Source: Paragordius varius (Eukaryota; Animalia; Nematomorpha). Taken from it: DNA of 64,000 nucleotides. The position numbers and the translations under genes are program-made. Each line of letters opens with the position of its first letter. The stretch's first letter is position 1. The notes below the pieces were generated by a model. The model searched no databases and was not told the origin of the DNA. It saw only the letters and a program-made list of their open reading frames with translations. Below are positions 1 through 12,580 of this stretch, piece by piece. The stretch covers positions 8,556,001 to 8,620,000 of the forward strand of contig OZ176055.1 in the NCBI GenBank assembly GCA_964247055.1, written 5' to 3'.

Positions 1-1416
1 TTAGTTTTATTTCTGGAAGTATTTTTTTGTTTAAATCAATTATAATAAATTTTTCATATTATTTAATGATTATAGATTTTTTCGAAAGAACTTGAATGAT
101 AGTTATCCATTTATCAGAGGGATAAATAGACGATAAAATAAACTTAACCTATCATTTTACAACAAAAATAGATATATAATTATAATTGGACTGTGTACAT
201 TTATAAATAATTTTAGTCATTGTTTTTGAGATTAAAACCAATAACACTCAAATAAATAATTCCTGATAAAATATATATATTCTAATAAATAAATGTACCA
301 GGACATTTAGTTTTGGGGCTTATGAGTGTTATAAAAAAGTATTTTACACTTTTGTAGCGATTGCTCGATATCGTAAAATTGCAAAATTTACGCACATTAT
401 GTGTGATAAATTTTTTAAAAAAATCTAAATGGTTTATTCCAAAAATATCATTAAAATATGATATATTTAATAAACAGCACAATAAAAAAATTTATTTTTT
501 AGATCTAGGCTCCGTAAGTCCCTATTTTTTTTTGCTCTCATGGAATTCTCTTAAAATAACCCCAAAAATGTCGAGATTTCTATATGATTTTTTTATATAT
601 GCTAGATTATGTCATAAAACATATTTTTTATAATATACTTTGAAAAATTTAATTTTTAGCAAAATATTCGTACTTTACACTATTTTGAAGCATGATGGAA
701 CGGCGTAAAAATGCTTTAAGATATATAAAACCCCTTTTCCATATGATTTAATGATGCTGAATAGTTCTATACCTCAGAATTAGCCAATATCTGTTCGTCT
801 TCAAATTTATCTAAAAAATCAATCAAAAATTCACCCAAATTTAACAGCAACCATCTTAAAAATAAATTCTGTGGTGATAAAAATGTTCAGCATTATTGGA
901 ATATAAAGAAAAAGTGTTTATTTGATATCTTAAAGTGTTTTTATAAAGTTTTCACCAAGCTAAATAACATAAACTCGCTTCACCAAAATTTTACTATATA
1001 ATAAATTTTTAAGAAAAGTATCCATTTTTTCGGAAATAACTTTGTGGATGTCAAAATCATATTTAAAGTTTTCATCTGCCATTTTTTAAAGAAGACTTGC
1101 CCATCGGAGCCCACAACTTAAATAACCATTTTTTTAAAAATATTGGTTTGCTTTTTATTGGTAGTTTATGAAATATAGTGATATTTTTTGAAATGAATCA
1201 TTTTAAGTTCCAAAAGAATTACAAAATGTGTCATTTTCTCATATGAATCACCACAAATGTAACTTTCTTAAATCACTCGTTAGGGCCAAAACAAAAAGCA
1301 TCATACTAATCTTGATACATTTGCTTGTCAGAATATATATACATATATTAAGATATTTTTTAAAATTATTATATTGATCACTTGCATTCAAAATTACTAA
1401 ATTTAAATATTTTTAG

Positions 1417-4400
1417 GGTTTGGACTAATGAACAAGATACTTATCAAGTTTGACCATGTATTTTGGCCAAAATCTTATCATTCGTTTGGATTGTTGCCCA
1501 AAAAATATAACTGCAAAGATTCGCAAAGAATCTACACTGAATCACAGTCCATATATGAATCGCCTCCGCGGTACTACAAACCAGATAGGCGATCTCGCCT
1601 CAAAAAGGACATTGGAATAATGCCTAACCAGCTAAAGAATGCACTGTATAAAGCTATAGGAAATCGTGCACTTTATTTAAAAAGTTATAACAAATTAATT
1701 TATGAATTTCCTACCTCTTTGTTCTTTTTGAGGATTTATTTTGATTAAAATATTTCCTAAAGAGTTTAGGTTTTACATTACTTGGTTTTTTATAAAATGC
1801 GCGCCCGCAATGTTTTAATACTAGTAAAGTTAATATGTCAAGTTTTACCTAATTATAATCTATATACTTATAAAAATGGAAAATGCTGGCTTTGTGATCT
1901 GTTTCCGGAAAACCGGTAGACTCAAGAACCACATGTCTTTCATTAATATAACAAATTAATAGTTATAATCTCAAAATTTACAAATTTATAATTTCTATAG
2001 ATGTTGACGTGAATCAAACGGTGATTCGACAATTACTTAATTGTGATGAATTGGATGCATCTCTTTTCCACAGTTGGATCAATGGTTATATGTACACGGG
2101 TGAACGCGTGTTAATAGGGTATGCAATGGGGAAAGCGGCTTATTTTAGCGAGCAATTATCTGATATCGAAATAAAAAATATTGGTATTTTAATTGGACTT
2201 CTTTCTTAGAAGATTAAACATTAATATTTTAATTTAAGCTTTACTTCTTTAGATCATAAAGCGTCGAATTTTGGGCATATACTTTGAATTTTACTATTTC
2301 AATAAAATTGCGAGTTTTCAAAATGTGGGAAAATTTGGTTCACATTGCTTTTGTGGCGTAGCATTTAAATGTCAAAACATGAATTTTTGGCGATCAGTTT
2401 ATTAATATTTGACTAATTTCGAGAAATTACTCGCAAAAGTTTACCCTGAACGCAAAATGACTGTCAGTTTATATTAAAATTTCGTGTCTTTTTATAAGAA
2501 ATAAAATTTTACAAACATTTTTGACGCTCAAAAATTTGACACACACTATTGTGTGTGCGTATGAATTTGTTTCCAAATTTAAATTTCAAAAAACAAATAT
2601 TTTAGCTTATAGCAAACTGCGTGCCATGTTTGGAGACAAAATGAATGGTGTAAAAATTGTGGCTTTTAATCGAACAAAATGGGGTACTGATCCATTTTCT
2701 ATGGGCACATGGGCTTATTCAACCATCGGTTAGATAAAATAATTCAATCCAATTTGCTTTCTTTCTTATATTGTATATGGATATCATATTTAAGGTGACC
2801 AGACGTCCCGCTTTTGGCGGGACAGTCCCGCTTTTTCACACTTTGTCCCGCCTCCCGCTACGTTTTAAAATGTCCCGCTTTTTCACGATTATATAAAACT
2901 GTCATCATTATCAAAAGCCAAGTTAATACCAAAAATCGGTAGCTTAAAAGACAAATTGATACCACAAATCGGTACCTTACACGTTGATTCTAGAAAATTA
3001 AGGTAATATAATATTTATTATACAAATAGTAGTTTATAAATATGAGCACAAAAAGAGGTAAATTCAACGATGAATTAATGAAAGATTTTCCTTTTATCAA
3101 AAAAACGAAGAATGTAAATGTCTTATATGCGAGGGGAAATTCCCCCTAGCACATGGAAGCATGATACTACAAAGCATATGGAAACACAGAAACATAAAAA
3201 GCGTTTAGATATGGCGGCATCATATTACAAAATGAGCGATTTTTTTCGAAAAACCGCTTTTGGAGAGGAAGAAAAGAATTTGGCACTAGCTGAGGGCGTG
3301 TTATCTTTTCACGCCGTTAATCACAATCATTCCTTTAGATCTATGGACTGTATCTAGGTTATTCGCACATTATTCCATAAAAAATTTACATGTGCCCGTA
3401 CAAAGGCTGAAGCCATTGTGTGCAATGTCCTTTCGCCACATGCATTTTCTGAAATACAAAAAGATTTGCTGAAAATTAATTTCTTATCCCTATACTCTGA
3501 TGCATCAAATCACCATGAAACAAAATTATTTCCCAAAATTTTAGATTTAATTTCTCTAACCTGTGAAAATTTCGAAATAATATTTACTCCAATAATGCAT
3601 ATTCTAGAAAAAAATAATTTAAAAGACAAAATTATCGCATATTGCGCTGACAACACCAATACGAACTTTGGTGGAAAAGCAAGGAGGGGAACAAAAAATA
3701 CTTTTCATAAAATAACAGATAATCTTAATCAAAACATTGGCGTTGGGTGTGCAGTGCATACAATACACAACGCTATTCAAACTGCTGCTGATTTGTTACC
3801 CCTAGATGTGGAAAATGTAGTTGTTAAAATATATTCCTATTTTTATATATACACGGTACGTGTTGAAACGCTTAAAGAATTCTGTGAAAATGCAGAAATA
3901 GCAAAAAATGCTTGGATATTGTAAAACTCGTTGGTTAGATTTTATGCCAGCTATCGAAAGTATTTTAAAAATGTATGATCCTTTAAAATCTTTTTTGATC
4001 ACAGGACAAATGTCCTTCAACTTTAAAAAAGTTTTTTGAAAGTTCTTCAAAAATATGGTTATTCTTACATAATCAAGCTTCTCTGCTTCAAAATGTTATT
4101 AAATTTATAAAAGGTGACAAAATTTCGGCAATCGAAGTAGCCAATGAAGTTAGTAACCTAAAATTCCAATGTCAAGAACGGTTAGAAAATATTTTTATAC
4201 CATTAATCATCCGTAATATAATAAATAATTTAGAAAAACAAGGAATAAATCGCCAAGATATCCTGTACCATATAAAAATGTTTTATACAAACTGTAAAGA
4301 CCATTTGGAAGACTGGACGACGCAATTCTATAAAATGGATCATTTTCATTGAATAACATTAAAATCAGAATTAATTGGTGCGATGTTCAAAAATCATTTG

Positions 4401-6662
4401 GTTATATCTGGTCCCAAAAATTCTCATAAAGTAATCTCAGAAAATGATCTTTTTTCTGAAGTATCATTAGTTAAAAGATATATTAATAATGAAAAACTTA
4501 AATTATGGACAAAAGAAAAATATACAATAGAAAAGAAATGGTTGGAAATATTTCATCATTTTGAAGCCAACTATTTTACATACAATAATATTTTAAAAAT
4601 TGTGGAATTCGCACTATCTTTACCTGGAACCAACGCTGCTATTGAGCGCGTTTTTTCCACAGTAAATCAGGCGTAGACATTGGAAAAATCAAATTTAAAT
4701 GTTGAAACTTTAAAGGCCGTCTTATCTGTCAAATATAATTTGACAAATGCTTGTGAAGACTTCTACAATATTTTAAAAAATGATGACAATCTGCTAAAAC
4801 GCATTCGCTCAAAAAAATATACCAATGAATAAAATATTTTCTTATATTTATAATTTATGTTAAAAAATAAACAAAATTACTTAAAATATTGTATAAGTCT
4901 TTATAATTTGTCAAATTATATTTGAACACATAAAATGGTTTTTATTCAACATTTAAATTTGATCTCGTGTCCTTACTTAATTTACTGTGGAAAAACGCGT
5001 TCAATAGCAGTGGTTCAGGTAAAGATAATGCAAATTTTATAATTAAAATATTATTGTATGGAACATAATTTGTTTAAAAATGATTATTTTAACCATTTCT
5101 ATCCTACGTATTTTTTTCTGTTGTCCATAATTTAAGTTTTCATTCAATATATATATATTTAATAATGAAACTTCATAAAAAGTGTCATTGTGCACCGTCT
5201 TGTCTTCCAAATAATCGTTTCTGTTTGTATAAAACATTTTTATATTCTGGCTATTCATTGAGCCTTGTTTTTCTGGATGTTTTATAAAATTGCGATTAGG
5301 TAATCGCATAAAATTATTTTCTAACCTTTTTTGACTTGGAATTTTGACCTTTGTCCTGTGATAAAAAATAGGATTCTAGGAGATCACATTTTTATAAATA
5401 TTTCAATCGCTGGCAAAAGAGCTAACCAACAGTTCTACAATATCCAAGCATTTTAACAATATTTTCTACATCCAGGGTTAACAAATCAGTAGCTGTCTGA
5501 ATAGCGTTGTGTATCTGCCAATAATGCTTTAATTAAGATTATTCGCTAAATTGTGAAAATATTTTTTGTGCCGCTTCTTGCATCACCCAGCGCACTTTGT
5601 GATGATTTCGTCTTTATTATTTTTTTTCTAAAATATTACAATCACTTCACCCTTTGTTCGTGCACATGTAAATTTATTGAATAAGGTACAAACAACCTGT
5701 AAGGTACAAATTTTTTTATTTTTATAATGTATTTGTATTAAAAATAAATAAATATTACAATAATTTTTTATATAAAAATTTTTGGTTGTACCCCCCAATG
5801 ACCCCCCTCTCAGATTTGTCCCGCTTTTTCCTTAAAAAAATCTGGTCACCTTAATCATATTACAAAAAATAAATTTGTACAAATATGTATGCTATGATAA
5901 AAATTGAAATTATACACACAAAACGTAAAAATATAAAAAATATTTTTTTTCAAACACAACAATACTTTAAAAAGTAAGAAATCACGCATTTATGTATATA
6001 TATAGTTAAGGTAGATGGCAAAAACGCGTATAATTTTTTCCAGTAATGTTTACTGGTTTTTTTCACTAGTTATATATATCTTTACCACACTTCATTTTCA
6101 CCATTTTATATTTTTTTAATTTTGTTTTAATTTTTTTTTATTTTGAAAAAATGTTATACAAGTATAACCGAAAATGAGATTATTAAACATTTTTTTAAAA
6201 CATTTATACGCGTTTTTGCTATCTACCTTAACAACAATACTTTATAAAAACTCATAATTTTTCTTATATAAACTATTTAATTACAATAATAAAATAGATA
6301 ATTATTTGTATTCCCTTACATCTCTATTCTTTACAGTTAAAACCAGCAATTATATATATAACCAAGTTTATAGCGGTCGGTCTATTGAAATAATACGTTT
6401 TGTCTGTATAAATTAATTTTTATCATAATGCTAAATAGGTTCCGATGAAGGGATGTGGGAATCCTTTTCCAACAGTCAAGGTCCACTCTTTTGGGCAGGG
6501 GAACATACCCATTATGAAAATATGGGAACCGTTTCTGGTGCATATTATAGTGGTTTAAATGCTGCCCGTAAAACTATTCAATACCTCTATGAAAATTTTA
6601 GAATGGATTGTTTTGGAAATGCAACCATTGACCTATCTACACTTTTAATCAATTTTGATTGA
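1417..6662 (+). CDS. Flavin-containing amine oxidase (polyamine/spermine oxidase-like), 3' exons only; 5' part lies upstream of the window
   Basis: Phase-compatible exons 1417-1683, 2001-2183, 2606-2728, 6439-6662 (stop). Family motifs: GFGLMNKILIKFDHVFW, VLIGYAMGKAA..SEQLSD, WGTDPFSMGTWAY, LFWAGEHT..GTVSGAYYSGLNAA. Confidence 0.88.
3042..4830 (+). pseudogene. hAT transposase pseudogene (frameshifts and in-frame stops)
   Basis: Fragments read MSTKRGKFNDE..KCLIC..H..H (zinc-finger-like), [30 protein letters not shown] (CxxH) and LSLPGTNAAIERVFS (C-terminal dimerisation/catalytic Glu region), split across frames. Confidence 0.88.
4900..5700 (-). pseudogene. Inverted, internally deleted copy of the same hAT transposase inside the element
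   Basis: The reverse complement aligns to parts of 3355-4745, e.g. CTGCTATTGAACGCGTTTTTCCACAGTAAA vs CTGCTATTGAGCGCGTTTTTTCCACAGTAAA and CACAACGCTATTCAGACAGCTACTGATTTGTTA vs CACAACGCTATTCAAACTGCTGCTGATTTGTTA. Confidence 0.85.
6010..6227. mobile_element. MITE with TTAA target duplication and GG..CC termini (Kolobok-like)
   Basis: 24-bp TIR GGTAGATGGCAAAAACGCGTATAA with one mismatch; TTAA on both sides (6006-6009, 6228-6231). Confidence 0.7.
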
Positions 6663-8130
6663 TTAAATTTCCCCCCCAAAATACAATTACTTTATTTATG
6701 ACCATAAATCATTTAAGCATTTAGAAATCACAAATTTGTTCAGGATATCATTTCATATTATCATGTAAATAGTAATTTATTTATCAAAAAATAAAGTCGC
6801 GTTATATTCACATTATGTGTGATTAATATCGATATTTAATCTTAGCAAATTATTATGAAATAATAAGCAGCAGATCGCAGCGGGCCCAGACTAGAGACCC
6901 TATAATAGGCAGACTTTTTGTTGTTTTAAATTAATCGATAACTTAATCAAAGTCAGAGGTTTAAAATTATTAACATTAATAAATGCGCCGAATAAAGATG
7001 CGTCAATTTTTAATTTGCTCTTCATTCAAGTTTCGACGTGTTGTAAATAGGGATTTTTTTAAAAAAAAAGCGGTAAATCGTGTCTTTGAGATTAATTTCT
7101 AGAGAATCCCATTCAATTTTAAAAATAATTTCTTTTTAAATTAGGTGGCTTAAAAAAATTCTAGGCCTTAACTATTTTGAGTCATTAGTTGAAAACATTT
7201 TTAAAGTAACCCTTGAAGGCCCCACCCTATCTAAATGAGCCACTATATAAATTAGAGTGGCTTTGAAGAAACAGTCTAGGAATACTGGCGTACAATATTA
7301 GACATATGAAGTTAAAAATCTCTTTTGCTTGTTCGAAATTAAACTACTAGGGCCTACCTTACATAAAATACGTATCCTATAAACAAAAATATTATTTGAT
7401 AACTTTTTCCTGTTTGGGGTTAAAAAATATACCTTTTTTATATGTAAGTACTGTTTTAATTAACAAAGAATGTGATCAAATATTAATTATATATAAATAA
7501 CTTTTGAACAAAGTTAATTAACTTTTACAGTAGTGCCAAACAAAATTTATGTGGTTACATGTGATACCTTAAAGTATATTTTTAATCACGATAAACGGCT
7601 TTAGATCAGGTTTTAATTTCTGTCAGTGCATTAGGGTTTTACAATGTTTTACAGGTTTTTATGTTTTAATGTCGAATTGACAACGCATAAAATTTTTACC
7701 ACGCTACCATATGGATATAATTAATTGCTCAATAGACTGTATTAAAGAAACCATTCCAATAGATGATGATGGATACAGTTGAGACAGCTTACCATAGCCA
7801 TGTTGATACATATATGTGGAATATGGCTTAAAATTGTTTAGTTAATACATGCAGATATATTAAGTTTCATTTACCGAACCGGTTTTTTGTAGTTGGAAAT
7901 TTATCAAAAATCGTGATTGGTTGTTTAAAAGATATTTAATACAGATTTTATTATATTAGAGACTCTACCAATTCACAATATCTATTTTTTCATAGTTAAA
8001 AGGTTGATAGCACATGATTATTCCATGTTTCGCAAATTATTAAACTAATTCCTGCCCTTATCATTAAATCTTTATTTTTTCACTTATTTTTAAATTTATA
8101 AAACATGATGAATGATATGACAAATTTTAC

Positions 8131-9243
8131 ATCAGGCGTAGTTAAGTTACTATAAGAAGACGTCAGCGAAAATTAGGCAGACGATTAATTTGACACAGAC
8201 CCTATTTTTATATGTTAAACTGCAAATAACCAGAATTTAAGTCTACAAAAGGTGAGATCATGCTGAATTTTGTGTCTGATAAGGAACATTGCGGCACACA
8301 TTGCCACCAGAAAAAATAGTTTGTTGAAAGTTATCGTTTGCTGACAGAACATATCATTAAAATGCTCTATCGATTAACACATGTGAAACATCTTCTCAAA
8401 CAAAGTTGATTTTATGTGAAAGAGTGAACGTTGGATAGACCACAATTTCAAGAAGCTATCGTGCAAAATTTATTGGATGTTGACCCAACTCAAACTTAAT
8501 AACAATTGGCAGAATTGAATTACATGTATCACAAAAAACAATCAAATTTCTACGAGCAATGAAAAAAACAGAAACCTCGCTAAATGGGTTTCACACAATA
8601 TGTGACTCTTGTAATTCCGATTCAACCTACGAAAAGAATCATTTTCGCATCGAATCGGGACTGGAAAGATTTTATTTTTCCTATCCAAAGTGGAAAAGTG
8701 GTAGTTTCCCCTTGTCAAGCATGACCATCAACACCAATGCCAAATCGCTTTGGCCAATAGACCGTAATTCTGTGTCTGGTGGGACCAAAGCGATATTGTG
8801 TATAAATGGTATCTTGAAACCCGGCAAAACCATCAATACACAACGCTATCGCCAACAAATGATTAATTTAAACATAAAAAACGCCATTGGCCAGATGTCA
8901 TAACGAAGCGATTTTGTTACTTGACATCTCCTACCTTAATATCGCTTCAATTGGATATTCTTTCGTATCCGTTGAACTCACATGACCTGGCGCCATCTGA
9001 TTCGCATCAAAAGAGCACACACTCTCAGAGCAGGACTTCATTAATTTCGAAGACGTTAGAAAATGGTTTGACGAAGAATTTTCCAAAGACAATCAGATTT
9101 TCTGGCACGGCGTCCATATTTAATCGGAGAGATGGGCGAAATTTGAAGAAGCCGAGTCACAATATTTTACATAAAATAAATAAGTGATTTCCTATCAAAA
9201 TTACATGTTACCAAAAAACCGTAAGAGCTTATAACTACATATA
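8131..9243 (+). mobile_element. Decayed mariner (Mos1-like) transposon
   Basis: Broken translation includes QNLLDVDPTQT*QQLAE (HTH), LKPGKTINTQRYRQQ and YPLNSHDLAPSDSH (degenerate YSPDLAPSD); degenerate terminal repeats; ends approximate. Confidence 0.8.
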
Positions 9244-10231
9244 TCTCTTGAAGTATAAATTGGATCTAAACCTAATTTGATGTGATAAATTAGATAAGTT
9301 GATGGATTAAAACTAAATAGTAAGCACAAAGCCAGGTGTTCAAAAATTGTAAATTGAAATTTTTAGAAGAATCTCAAATTCTAATACGGTAATGTTTTAT
9401 GGCATACGGCTGCATTATCTGTCAAATGTAGTAGCAAACATTTAAATTTATGCTTTACAATTTCAGGAGCCCGATTTAATTTTTAGTTGCTTTTTCCGTT
9501 TTAAACATTTAGCGTATAAATAAATTATACTCTGGTACGATTAATACAAAATCATGGTTAATATGCAATATATTCGCTCAAAATCTTGAGCGTTAAAATT
9601 ACAAATTAAAAAACTAATCGACAACCTTGCCCCCAATTTTATCTTCATATTAGCCAAAAATAGATTTAAATAATAAGAAATATCCACGAAGGGTAATATA
9701 AATCAAAACATACTTTTTATATAAGGTCGGTCCTTTTTATGTCTTTAGCAAATATTTAAAATTGTATGTGTTAGCGTTAAAGGGTATCCATCTATCTACC
9801 TATAAAATCAATGACCCATTTTGAGCTCGCTGCTATATTATCGGCGCGTAAATCAACAAAAAAAGCTTTTTTATCTCGATATAATTTTTTTTAATATCGA
9901 CACAAAAGGAAAAAAAGGGGGGCACATTGAAGGTTAAACTGGTTTACTCAAATCATTGTAGATACGAAGGATTGTATTATTTGATATATTTTGCAGGGGT
10001 TACTATTATTAAAAGGTCGTATATGTATATTTGTATCAATTTTCTTTTGTATGTGCCCTCGCCCTCCCTACCCAATTGTGTTAAGGTCATTCAAATTAAA
10101 CATATACTCGCAATATTATGAGTTGACAAAACGTATAAATACTATACACGGTTTAGTATTGAATTATTTCTCGCTTTTTTTCGAAACTCAGATATTATTC
10201 GTTTAAACTCTTTTAAACACCTCACACAGCC

Positions 10232-11178
10232 ATGAAATTCTCACTCATCAATTTTCTCCTCATTGTTTTGGTCGCTTTGGCTTGCAGTTTGACAAGTATG
10301 GACTTCTGTTTTAGACACACACACACCATTAAAACATAATAACTCAAAACATTATTTTTCAAAGCAAATTATTGATAACTATATATCTGTAATTTTTATT
10401 GACATTTAGCATATGCCCGAGGTATTTTTACAGCTTTTTATCATAAATAATAATTTATATGAATGTCAAAAACAATTAATTGTATTAATAAAATTTTGAT
10501 GAATTTTCCTAGAATCCTTCAAAGTCCCATCCGGCAGGAGAGTCATCCCAGACCCAGAAGATGAAACTGACTCTGATATGAGTAATTATCCAAGCTTAAC
10601 TTATCTTTTAAGAATATTTCAGCTCAAATTTTTTTTTGTATTTCATTATGAATATTTTCAATTTTATTATAATTATTTTTCGTGTTTGAATAGTCTTAGC
10701 TCGTAAGTCCATTATTTTATCCTGAAATTTTTTTTTTAAAATCAATTTAATTTAGAATATATTTATATTTAAAATATAATAAATATTTTTTTTTGAAAAA
10801 CCTTAAAATTTTCTTTATCGTTTTAGGTCAAAATGCCGCTAGACTTATGGTAGCAATGGGTCTCAAAAGTAATGCACATATAATAATCAATCATTAATTT
10901 TTGGATAATTTTATTCAAAAAATTTATTATATTTATTTCCAATTAATTTTCATTTTTCCATAATTTTAGTCCCAAAGGCCGGTATAATACTTGGAACTTT
11001 ATTTTAACTTTAATTTATTTTAACTTTAAATATTTTTATACATAAATTTAATTTAATTTCTTTTTTACAAAATATTTTTAGCCAACAAATACCACAGGTA
11101 CATACAAATTTTCACCATTTTTTACCGTTTGATCATTTTATATAAATTTTTATTTTTATACAATTTAGATCTGAATAA
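10232..11178 (+). CDS. Predicted 70-aa secreted peptide precursor encoded by six small exons
   Basis: Exons 10232-10295, 10513-10581, 10827-10868, 10970-10981, 11082-11097, 11169-11178, all GT-AG and phase-compatible, give MKFSLINFLLIVLVALACSLTKSFKVPSGRRVIPDPEDETDSDMSQNAARLMVAMGLKIPKAANKYHRSE*. Hydrophobic N-terminus; TATAAA at about 10134; AATAAA overlapping the stop. No homology recognised. Confidence 0.62.
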
Positions 11179-11709
11179 ATAATGATATGATCTTGGACCA
11201 ATTTTTATCCTATATATTTAACAAAAAAACTACTATACTACTTTCTAAACGTGTGATTTGATTACCCATCCTTAGTTGCAAACTTTTGTTTTAAGTCGCG
11301 CATTTCTGTTTTCCTTTTCACACCATTTTTTTATTTTTTTTTTCTTAAAAAAACCCTACCAAAATAGTATTATTTTTCGTTACTTTAAGTTAAAATTACT
11401 ACTTATATATAATAAATATTCTAATATTATTAGACATTTTTCATTATAATTTATAACTTATAAAATTTTTATTCATATATATTGGCTTGCTTTTCAATGC
11501 ATTACCGACTACCAAAATATACTCTTTTTTATTTATTATTTGTTTTAATTACCGCTTCATATACCAACTGTAATCAAATGGCATCTTGAGGGAGAAACAA
11601 TATATCATATAAATAAATTATATTTATTTATTTATTATTTAGTTTAAAATATTTGATTAAAAAATTAATAAGCTTAAATTAAGAAATCCAGAGTAGTAAA
11701 TTTTAATTA

Positions 11710-11843
11710 TAGTAAAAACTGAAATTATACGGACAACACGTAAAAATATAGAAAGAATAATATTTTAAAAAGTATGGTTGTCTTTTAAATAATATTTGTC
11801 TTTATATTTTTTCGTTTTGTCCGTATAATTTCGATTTTTACTG
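11710..11843. mobile_element. MITE family B copy (TA-flanked, CAGTAAAAA.. TIR)
   Basis: Inverted ends AGTAAAAACTGAAATTATACGGACAACACGTAAAAATATA / TATATTTTTTCGTTTTGTCCGTATAATTTCGATTTTTACTG. Confidence 0.7.
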
Positions 11844-12580
11844 TATTAGTCCTTGATACCAATAAAATATTTTTTTTTAATATGTTAAAATCGAAATGTT
11901 TTCAAACATAGGGCTAGTCAGTCAGAATATTCCTGAATAAAAATACAATTATTATGCAAGTTTCGTAATAATTAGTAACCATCTTTCAAAATTCAAATTT
12001 GGTGATTTTTATATAAGCTTTTATCCTTTTAAAAGTCAAGAGCAATGAGTATTTGCATTGCTAAAAATATTTCATCAGATATCTTTTTTTAATTTAACGA
12101 TCAAATAATATTTATCTTAAAATAATTTTCTATAGATATTACAATGTTTTTAATAAGATACTCCAGAAGCATTAAGTTACCCCTTTCCCTATTCTAATTT
12201 CTTGTGCTAATTAAAGGGTTGAGATTTTCTTAAAAGCCATTAAAATGGCATAGAATAGAATGTATTAAACTATGAGATTATAATAACTTTTCAAAAGTTG
12301 ATAGTGAGTTTTTTAAAGGGCCAGAAAATTTTTAGATATTAATTTAAATTAATATCAGCCATCAAGAATATTAAATTCTATAATTACGCACAATGTGGTT
12401 TACTAACCTAAAATAAACATTAATTAATGTTTTTATCCAAATATAATGAGAATATAAGATACAAAATTTCTGATGAATGAAATATATTCAGTTGGAAAAG
12501 TTTTGATATTCCACACTATTCCTCGTAAAACCTAAAGGCACTTATACCATTTCAAATTTTAAAAGCCCCTTTGATTTCTA

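Larger units (their letters stand above)
2791..5853 (+). mobile_element. hAT DNA transposon (Blackjack-like TIR) with defective transposase, in an amine oxidase intron
   Basis: 13-bp TIR TAAGGTGACCAGA/TCTGGTCACCTTA; 8-bp TSD ATCATATT at 2783-2790 and 5854-5861; subterminal GTCCCGC repeats. Confidence 0.93.

Noticed and set aside
282-1400. Short AT-rich ORFs here and in many other introns (e.g. 14984, 16175, 19714, 38651, 39428, 47198, 57044)
   Set aside because: F/I/K/N/Y-rich translations expected from AT-rich non-coding DNA; no motifs or splice-phase support.
1797-1825. Possible Helitron 3' end (TGCG-loop-CGCA hairpin, 11 nt, CTAG|T)
   Set aside because: The stem is only 4 bp and no 5' end or second copy was identified.
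10296-10314. 19-nt GT..AG segment as a first intron of the secreted peptide gene
   Set aside because: Shorter than any supported intron here (minimum 25 nt), and the downstream exon chain fits the longer intron.
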